Positions 1-5,486 of a stretch of DNA of 10,258 nt are shown here, one piece after another. The notes under the pieces were generated by a model that saw nothing but the letters and a program-made list of their open reading frames with translations, had not been told where the DNA came from and did no database searches. The position numbers were made by a program, and so were the translations under genes. Where the stretch lies: IMG/VR virus record IMGVR_UViG_3300027896_000967, positions 1 to 10,258 of that record; one strand, written 5' to 3'. The first letter of the stretch is position 1. Each line of letters starts with the position of its first letter.

Positions 1-288
1 TTAAATCGCTTTCCTATATTTTTGACATTTAAGATTATCGCATAAAAATCCATCAGGTTCTCCATATTCTTTAGAATCAATCCAAAAAGGAGATAATGTT
101 TCATTGCATACTTTGCAAAAATGAGAAACCAATTTTTCAGGACTAAATTTTTCAAAATTTATTATGCAATCTGGATATATTTCATAGGGAGAAATTACAT
201 TACATTTTACAGGTAAATTATAAATTGGACACCAAATTTCTCGATATTTTATTTTAGGAAAATTTATCTGTCTTTCAATCATTGCCAT
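1..288 (-). CDS. Cys-rich putative zinc-finger protein (95 aa; may start at the second Met, 282)
   Basis: CKVC...CDNLKC pair plus WCP...KC...DC cysteines; upstream TATA-like elements; same orientation as polB. Confidence 0.65.
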   Translation of the reverse strand: MAMIERQINFPKIKYREIWCPIYNLPVKCNVISPYEIYPDCIINFEKFSPEKLVSHFCKVCNETLSPFWIDSKEYGEPDGFLCDNLKCQKYRKAI

Positions 289-309
289 CTTATGACCGAT
301 CCTAAGACC

Positions 310-342
310 ATATATACGAGTGCATACTTAAAGGTATTTAAA
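310..342 (-). promoter_or_regulatory. Archaeal-type promoter for the Zn-finger gene
   Basis: TTTAAATA (342-335) or CTTTAAGT (333-326) followed by GTATATAT, an architecture shared with the promoter at 5014-5043. Which box is used is ambiguous. Confidence 0.5.
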
Positions 343-351
343 TATGACTAT

Positions 352-2163
352 TTATATAAATTCATTTAAAATAAAAGGCTTTGAATGATTGTCAATGACG
401 ATTCCCTTATCATATTCTCTAGATAGATTTTTCGTTACATATTCTACTCTAACCGTTCCATCTTGAATACCTTTTGAATATCGTGATTTTTTAGTTAAAA
501 ATTGGTTTTGAATGTATTTACCTTCAGACAATTTGATTGCATCTTTTTTAATTCCTTTAATTTTAATTTCATCATTAAAAACATAATCTTTATTTCCATT
601 ACATTTTAAAGTGCCACAATCTACTAGTTTTAATGATCCTAATACTTTTTCATCTACTTTTCCGAATTTAAGTAAATTATCATATCCAATTTGATTTACG
701 AAAATTGAATCGGTATCACAATAATAGAAATTTCCATCTCCTGCAATCATCATAAATTCCCATAATAATCTTCTAGCATAAGATGTAACTGCACTAGAAA
801 TTATTGGTATCGAATCTTTAGAATAATCACCATCAATTTTTTCTGATATGTAAAGATCGTTTCCTATCCGTGTTTTTTCGTCTATTTTGAATGTTCCTAT
901 ATCGGACATTATTTTGAACCATAATTCTTTAACTTTTTCATCAGTTATCATCTTAGTTTCTGTAGATTTCCGTTGGGCAAATTTACCATATAAACTATTT
1001 AATATTTTCTTAGCCATATATTGTATGCTTTTATTTGCAGAATTTTGTTTAATATTATAAAAGAAATCTACGAAACTTTCAAAAATCTTTTCTTGTTTAT
1101 ATGCAACTAGACGATTTACTTTAACAATTTCTCCGATTTCAGGATGATTCAAAATATATTCTATTTCTGGGGAAGTTATTATCTGTTTGAATTTACCTAT
1201 TGGAAAAAGTAATTTATCTCGTTTAGTTGCAATAAAAGGTTTCTTGAGATTTAAGTTACAATCGGCTAAAAGAAATAAATCTTTTGAAATGGATTCTTTA
1301 AGATCATCTATTGAGCAATTAATTATAGGAGTATTTGATAATGGAATTGTAGGATACTTAAATGATTTCATAACAAATGGATACATAGAATTAACATCTA
1401 AATTATATATATTATCAGCTTTTTCAAATATAAAAGTTTCATTTCTGCCTCCACGGTAACTAGCTTTTTCCATATCTAATATTTCTTGATATGTATGGAT
1501 TAAAAGATTCGTATGCAAAAATCTATGACGAAATGCCGTCATAGATTGACCGGCTAAAGTTTTCTTAAAACATCCTAAGTCATTTTCTTTAAGAAATTGA
1601 ATATAATATTTCATAACAGTAGCTAAAACTTGAGTATCACGAATATTATAAGGTATTAATTCTTGATCGGTTGATGTCCTAAAATCTGGAGAATCCATTT
1701 TACTAATTCCAAATGTTTTACCCAATTCTTTAAGAGAATCACTAAAGAAATTTGTGGATGAAATAAAAGATATATTTCCAGCTTCACGAATAAAAACTGG
1801 AGAAATAACATCCATATCTAAAACTAAATGTCGTGAAGATAAATATGAATCTAATTTTAATATAGCATAATCATAAGCCATATTATGAGCAATGACATAC
1901 AATTTTTTCTTAGGATATTCGATGGCAAAACGATCCAATAAATTCCAAAAATCATTAACTGTCTTAAGCGAATATCCAGTTTCCGTCCAACTTTCAATAT
2001 AAGTATTTGTCTTGAATAAATGTATTGCATAACCTAATCTAAAAGTTTGTTCCTCATATTTAGTAGATTTTTTAATAAATGCTTCGGTATCTACGATAAG
2101 TAAATTGGATGGTGATTCCGTGCTTTCATTATGCTTAAGATAATGATTGAATCTATTGCTCAT
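352..2163 (-). CDS. polB: Protein-primed family B DNA polymerase (pPolB), 603 aa
   Basis: ExoI IVDTE, ExoII HNMAYD, ExoIII YNIRD, SYRGGRNE (YxGG), motif A DVNSMYP, motif B KKILNSLYGKFAQ, TSYAR (Tx2AR), motif C YCDTDS, KDY and KIKGI. Insertions between motifs A and B and after motif B sit at the TPR1/TPR2 positions typical of phi29-like polymerases. Confidence 0.97.
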   Translation of the reverse strand: MSNRFNHYLKHNESTESPSNLLIVDTEAFIKKSTKYEEQTFRLGYAIHLFKTNTYIESWTETGYSLKTVNDFWNLLDRFAIEYPKKKLYVIAHNMAYDYAILKLDSYLSSRHLVLDMDVISPVFIREAGNISFISSTNFFSDSLKELGKTFGISKMDSPDFRTSTDQELIPYNIRDTQVLATVMKYYIQFLKENDLGCFKKTLAGQSMTAFRHRFLHTNLLIHTYQEILDMEKASYRGGRNETFIFEKADNIYNLDVNSMYPFVMKSFKYPTIPLSNTPIINCSIDDLKESISKDLFLLADCNLNLKKPFIATKRDKLLFPIGKFKQIITSPEIEYILNHPEIGEIVKVNRLVAYKQEKIFESFVDFFYNIKQNSANKSIQYMAKKILNSLYGKFAQRKSTETKMITDEKVKELWFKIMSDIGTFKIDEKTRIGNDLYISEKIDGDYSKDSIPIISSAVTSYARRLLWEFMMIAGDGNFYYCDTDSIFVNQIGYDNLLKFGKVDEKVLGSLKLVDCGTLKCNGNKDYVFNDEIKIKGIKKDAIKLSEGKYIQNQFLTKKSRYSKGIQDGTVRVEYVTKNLSREYDKGIVIDNHSKPFILNEFI

Positions 2164-2641
2164 ATTTTTGTCCTATATAAGTTTTGATTACTGATCCATC
2201 TATCGCATTGTAAATTCGCAATATCTTCAACTTAATTGGCGATCCACCTTTTGCGTATTCATCTCTAGTACGGTTGAATAAATACTTTTTATTCGTTTCA
2301 TTCATTTCAAATAATTCCTCTGATGTCATTGAGAATCGTCTAAACTCATTTCCATATTTTGATTGCATTAAATAAATATATTTATTCGGTCTTACTCCGG
2401 TTCGTTTAAAATCAGATTTAGTCGCCTTAGTTACAGTAGTTTTTTTCTTATATTCTTTTGGAAAACTTACTTTCAAAACAACATAGTCTTTAACAGCTTC
2501 GGTGTCCTTCTGACTATGCCATTTTCTAGTAGTTATCCAATGTCCAGATTCATCTCTAGCGACAGAATGTAGCCCATTTTTCCATTTTTCTCGCTTTATT
2601 CGAATCGTGGGTGGCGTGGCTAGAGTTGAGGATTTCGCCAA
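2153..2641 (-). CDS. Basic protein, candidate terminal protein for pPolB priming (162 aa, TTG start uncertain)
   Basis: Lys/Arg-rich, many Ser/Thr/Tyr, directly upstream of polB and overlapping its start by 11 nt. The function is inferred from position only. Confidence 0.6.
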   Translation of the reverse strand: MAKSSTLATPPTIRIKREKWKNGLHSVARDESGHWITTRKWHSQKDTEAVKDYVVLKVSFPKEYKKKTTVTKATKSDFKRTGVRPNKYIYLMQSKYGNEFRRFSMTSEELFEMNETNKKYLFNRTRDEYAKGGSPIKLKILRIYNAIDGSVIKTYIGQKYEQ

Positions 2642-2677
2642 CTGATGACCAGAGAGGTAGATAGGTCGGTAGTTACA

Positions 2678-2710
2678 TATAGCTATTGAATATCACGATA
2701 TATATTAAAG
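2678..2710 (-). promoter_or_regulatory. TATA promoter for the terminal protein candidate-polB unit
   Basis: CTTTAATA(TATAT) at 2710-2703 in the gap after the ATPase stop; predicted TSS about 2680. Confidence 0.5.
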
Positions 2711-2720
2711 TGTTAATATA

Positions 2721-3488
2721 TTAATCAGACAATTTTGCTCGTCTGGTTTCGATGGCATCAAAAATAGTATCTGCATATCGTTTAGGGAGATCGTTTCTCA
2801 AACAATAATCTCTAACAACACTTTTCTTTATTTTTTCTATACCATATTGTTTTATAAGTTTATCACAATGAACATCAATATCTTTAATAATATTAGTCAT
2901 ATCATCAGTAATGTTCATTATTAAAGATTTGTCAATAGGATCAATTAATTCTAAAGTATTATACATTTGAAAATACTTTATCGCTTTACTAATAGACAAA
3001 AAATATCTCTTAGGTTTGTATCTACCCTGTCTAGTTATTTTTTGTTCAGAATATAAAAATCCTAAAATATTATCAGTTTTATTCGGATCGATATTAGGAT
3101 TCTTAAGTATTTTAATACATTTAGTTATAAAATTAATCATTTGTCTATATCTTAAATCAAAAGTAGATTCAAGTTGATAAGTTATTATAAAATCCATACC
3201 TCTTTTTCCAGATTGAAAAAGAATGTATGACATATATTTATTAATATCTTTTCCGCTTGAACGAGATTCTATCCAGGCATAAATTTCATCTATTAAAATT
3301 AAACACGGTTCATTAATCTCGAAAAGCATTTCAGGTTTTAAAGCCACATAATTCTTAAAAAATCGTGTATTTAATTGAAAATTGGAGAAAATTCTCCTAT
3401 TCGGATATTTTCTAGCATATTTAAATGCTTGAATAACTGTTCGTAATGTTTTACCTGATCGAACATCACCTTCAAAAGCATATAACAT
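2721..3488 (-). CDS. Zot/pI-like (FtsK-HerA superfamily) morphogenesis/packaging ATPase, 255 aa
   Basis: N-terminal Walker A GDVRSGKT, IFSNF strand, Walker B LILIDEI, QSGKRGMDFIITYQ (strand-4 Gln) and DLRYR. SD AAGTGA 5 nt before ATG. Confidence 0.9.
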   Translation of the reverse strand: MLYAFEGDVRSGKTLRTVIQAFKYARKYPNRRIFSNFQLNTRFFKNYVALKPEMLFEINEPCLILIDEIYAWIESRSSGKDINKYMSYILFQSGKRGMDFIITYQLESTFDLRYRQMINFITKCIKILKNPNIDPNKTDNILGFLYSEQKITRQGRYKPKRYFLSISKAIKYFQMYNTLELIDPIDKSLIMNITDDMTNIIKDIDVHCDKLIKQYGIEKIKKSVVRDYCLRNDLPKRYADTIFDAIETRRAKLSD

Positions 3489-3493
3489 TTATT

Positions 3494-3694
3494 TCACTTA
3501 TATTCCATAATTTCTATTTCCATTTTATGTGTAGAATCTATCCACGGTTTAGCAATAGAAACTATACACGATTCGCAAACATACATCGTATTTTTCTTTC
3601 CAAAATGAAATCCTATTATTCCCAATTTGAAAGGAAAATAAAGTCTTTTAACTTTATATTTAGCTGATCCCATTCCACACCATTTACATTCCAT
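3494..3694 (-). CDS. Small C4 zinc-finger protein (66 aa)
   Basis: CKWC...CESC; GGTGA SD; TAATG stop/start overlap with the upstream gene. Confidence 0.8.
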   Translation of the reverse strand: MECKWCGMGSAKYKVKRLYFPFKLGIIGFHFGKKNTMYVCESCIVSIAKPWIDSTHKMEIEIMEYK

Positions 3695-4092
3695 TAAGTT
3701 TCACCAGTTTGTGGAGGAGACATTAATTTTTCTGATAATCTCCTCTCTTCTTTTATTGTTTCTGTCAATGCTTGAATTATCTCTTTAGATCGTTGTCTTT
3801 TATAACTCACCATATTTTTCCTAAAATTTTCTACGAAATCAACTAATGTTTTTTCACAGTCAGTAGCTTTTTCATCTCCACACCATTTAGCGAGAGTTTC
3901 TAATCTAGTTAAATTCAATGGATTATCTATTTCAGTATGAGCAAAAACATTTTCAGGAGTTAGCATAGCATTTAATATTTGCATCGTGGATTGTTCTTGA
4001 ATCGGAGTAAAATCTCCTTCATTAAAATCCATTTCAGAATCGTCAATATGTTCTGGTGGGGATTTTCTTTTGCTCAACTTTTTATTAACCAT
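3694..4092 (-). CDS. Hypothetical soluble helical protein (132 aa; probable start ATG 4092 rather than GTG 4101)
   Basis: The GTG at 4101 is part of the SD AAGTGA, which lies 5 nt before ATG 4092. The gene is coupled to both neighbours. Confidence 0.8.
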   Translation of the reverse strand: MVNKKLSKRKSPPEHIDDSEMDFNEGDFTPIQEQSTMQILNAMLTPENVFAHTEIDNPLNLTRLETLAKWCGDEKATDCEKTLVDFVENFRKNMVSYKRQRSKEIIQALTETIKEERRLSEKLMSPPQTGET

Positions 4093-4097
4093 TATAA

Positions 4098-4517
4098 TCA
4101 CTTAAAAGGTAAAAAATTTCCTAAAATATATCCAAATGGTAATGCAGTTAAAATTCCTATTATTATATAAAAAACCATTTGTTTAAATTCTGCATTTTTT
4201 AATCCTGAAACCAAATCTTTTACAATGTGCTGATTCATTATTTGATCCCATAGTTTAGGAGAGAATTGTTTTTTAGTATGGTCAAAATCAATTTGACCTT
4301 CCTGTAAATCTACAAAATAATGAAACTTATTTCTTGAACGGTATGCAGGTTTAGTAGAATCAAATTTCATTCTATTATTTTTCGGCCCAACTAATGAAAC
4401 ATTTACTGGAATTTTTTTAACTTTAGTTTGAGTTAAAATTCCTCCTTTCATTTTAACATAATGTAAAACATTTTTATCCTTTCTTGAAAATAATCTATCT
4501 AAAAATTCGGATTCCAT
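4098..4517 (-). CDS. Basic protein with C-terminal transmembrane anchor (139 aa)
   Basis: C-terminal MVFYIIIGILTALPFGYILG; SD GAAGTGA 4 nt before ATG; lies in the ATPase operon. Confidence 0.82.
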   Translation of the reverse strand: MESEFLDRLFSRKDKNVLHYVKMKGGILTQTKVKKIPVNVSLVGPKNNRMKFDSTKPAYRSRNKFHYFVDLQEGQIDFDHTKKQFSPKLWDQIMNQHIVKDLVSGLKNAEFKQMVFYIIIGILTALPFGYILGNFLPFK

Positions 4518-4521
4518 TAAA

Positions 4522-4683
4522 TCACTTCTTTAAACTCTTATCAATACATCTACGAATAACTTTGTGTAATGGTTCCTCTTCAATCTTTTTTAGTTTCTTA
4601 AGATCATCTCTTAAGACAACTGGAACACGGATAGTAGTCATTTTTATTTCTGGTTCATATTCAATTACTAAATTTTGTTCCAT
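4522..4683 (-). CDS. Ribbon-helix-helix (CopG-like) DNA-binding protein, 53 aa (not in ORF track)
   Basis: Manual translation MEQNLVIEYEPEIKMTTIRVPVVLRDDLKKLKKIEEEPLHKVIRRCIDKSLKK. TTIRV strand followed by two amphipathic helices (LRDDLKKLK; LHKVIRRCI); SD AGGAAAGTGA. Confidence 0.85.
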   Translation of the reverse strand: MEQNLVIEYEPEIKMTTIRVPVVLRDDLKKLKKIEEEPLHKVIRRCIDKSLKK

Positions 4684-4774
4684 TGTTCACTTTCCTAATC
4701 AAAAATAAAACAAAAATTGAATTTATTAACCAACCTAATGCAAAAAATAAAATTGCTATTAACCATTCTGGCAT
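4661..4774 (-). CDS. Single-pass membrane microprotein, 37 aa (not in ORF track)
   Basis: Manual translation MPEWLIAILFFALGWLINSIFVLFLIRKVNNGTKFSN. TAATG overlap with the upstream stop, GGAG upstream, fills the apparent gap exactly. Confidence 0.75.
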   Translation of the reverse strand: MPEWLIAILFFALGWLINSIFVLFLIRKVNNGTKFSN

Positions 4775-5013
4775 TATAATTTCTCCATCTTTATTTCCAG
4801 ATTACCTGGCATAACTTTATTCCATGCTCTTACCAATAAATCAGCTTGAGCAAAAGAAAATGGTTCAACACATACAATATATTTATCGGAACCTCTTATT
4901 AATTCGTTGGAAATTATTATTCTTTTAGGCATCTTTTTTCTAAGTCCAAATGCAAATTTTGATGAATATTTAAAATCGAAACCTGATACGCTTATTTTGT
5001 AATTTTCGATCAT
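4774..5013 (-). CDS. Hypothetical protein (79 aa), probably the leaderless first gene of the operon
   Basis: ATG 5013 lies 22 nt downstream of TATA CTTATATA; no SD. Confidence 0.72.
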   Translation of the reverse strand: MIENYKISVSGFDFKYSSKFAFGLRKKMPKRIIISNELIRGSDKYIVCVEPFSFAQADLLVRAWNKVMPGNLEIKMEKL

Positions 5014-5050
5014 CAAGTATATATACGCATACTAGTATATAAGCCTTACG
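5014..5050 (-). promoter_or_regulatory. Archaeal promoter of the small-gene/ATPase operon
   Basis: CTTATATA at 5043-5036 with purine-rich GTAAGG upstream; overlapped by palindrome ATACTAGTAT (5029-5038). Confidence 0.65.
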
Positions 5051-5063
5051 CACTTGCATATAT

Positions 5064-5105
5064 AAAAAAGAAAAATGTTTTATTGCTAATAAATAGCAAT
5101 AAAAC
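5064..5105 (-). terminator. Hairpin plus U-tract terminator after the MCP gene
   Basis: Perfect 12-bp stem GTTTTATTGCTA (5077-5088)/TAGCAATAAAAC (5094-5105) with a 5-nt loop, 5 nt after the MCP stop, followed on the minus strand by TTTTTCTTTTTT. Confidence 0.8.
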
Positions 5106-5110
5106 CTGAA

Positions 5111-5335
5111 TCATTCTGCATTAGAACGCCGCATAAATACCAGAATGATCGTGATAACTGCGAGAACAGGAAGCAATATTGCAACCATTATTCTAACGGA
5201 GTTATCAACATTTGGCATCTTAGCGGCGGTTGTGCTGTTTGCGAGTAGATTCAACGCTACTGGCAACATAATCGCACTAACAAAAAGTGCAATCGCAATT
5301 CCAACAACTTTTTCCATTAGCTCTATCGTATTCAC
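5111..5335 (-). CDS. Major capsid protein of spindle-shaped virus type (His1 gp21 / fusellovirus VP1-like); exact start uncertain
   Basis: Two hydrophobic helices (VVGIAIALFVSAIMLPVAL; IMVAILLPVLAVITIILVF) joined by a polar loop with an N-S-T sequon, and a basic tail RRS. The G..LPV..NxT..PxV..LxP pattern matches mature SSV1 VP1 as I recall it. Dedicated promoter, strong SD GGGGGTGA and terminator. Confidence 0.85.
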   Translation of the reverse strand: MNTIELMEKVVGIAIALFVSAIMLPVALNLLANSTTAAKMPNVDNSVRIMVAILLPVLAVITIILVFMRRSNAE

Positions 5336-5348
5336 CCCCTTTTGGAGT

Positions 5349-5393
5349 TATGATCCAGTATCGCTATCTAATTATATAAACTTGTTTTATATA
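5349..5393 (-). promoter_or_regulatory. Consensus BRE-TATA promoter of the MCP gene
   Basis: Minus strand AAAACAAG-TTTATATA (TATA 5380-5373). Predicted TSS about 5349, giving a short leader that contains the SD. Confidence 0.7.
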
Positions 5394-5435
5394 TTAATAA
5401 CTATTTTCATATACATTAATATACGGATGTATATA

Positions 5436-5475
5436 GGAAGGTTCTTTATATCAATACGAATATATAGATATTGGA
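5436..5475 (+). promoter_or_regulatory. Promoter of the plus-strand structural operon
   Basis: CTTTATAT at 5444-5451 followed 8 nt later by ATATATAG; alternative TTTATATA at 5386-5393. Confidence 0.5.
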
Positions 5476-5486
5476 TAACGATCAAT

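Noticed and set aside
1187-1459. 90-aa plus-strand ORF
   Set aside because: Antisense shadow within polB, with no SD or recognisable motif.
2612-2672. Hammerhead ribozyme (CTGATGA at 2642-2648 flanked by two short stems)
   Set aside because: The required GAAA after stem II and the NUH cleavage triplet before stem I are absent.
352-3488. Casposon, polinton/tectivirus-like element, pipolin or inovirus
   Set aside because: No Cas1, integrase, jelly-roll capsid or rolling-circle Rep was recognised. The archaeal signals and spindle-type MCP fit a spindle virus better.
3446-4708. Plus-strand ORFs 3446-3667, 3979-4170 and 4484-4708
   Set aside because: Antisense to a tightly coupled minus-strand operon whose genes have SD motifs and stop/start overlaps.
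5145-5426. N-terminal 94+ codons of the 1013-aa ORF
   Set aside because: They run antisense through the MCP gene and across the TATA-rich divergent promoter. The signal peptide begins only near 5487, so the extension is probably a chance open frame.
5014-5480. CRISPR mini-array or tRNA in the intergenic regions
   Set aside because: No regularly spaced direct repeats or cloverleaf; the TATATA repeats are explained by promoter elements.
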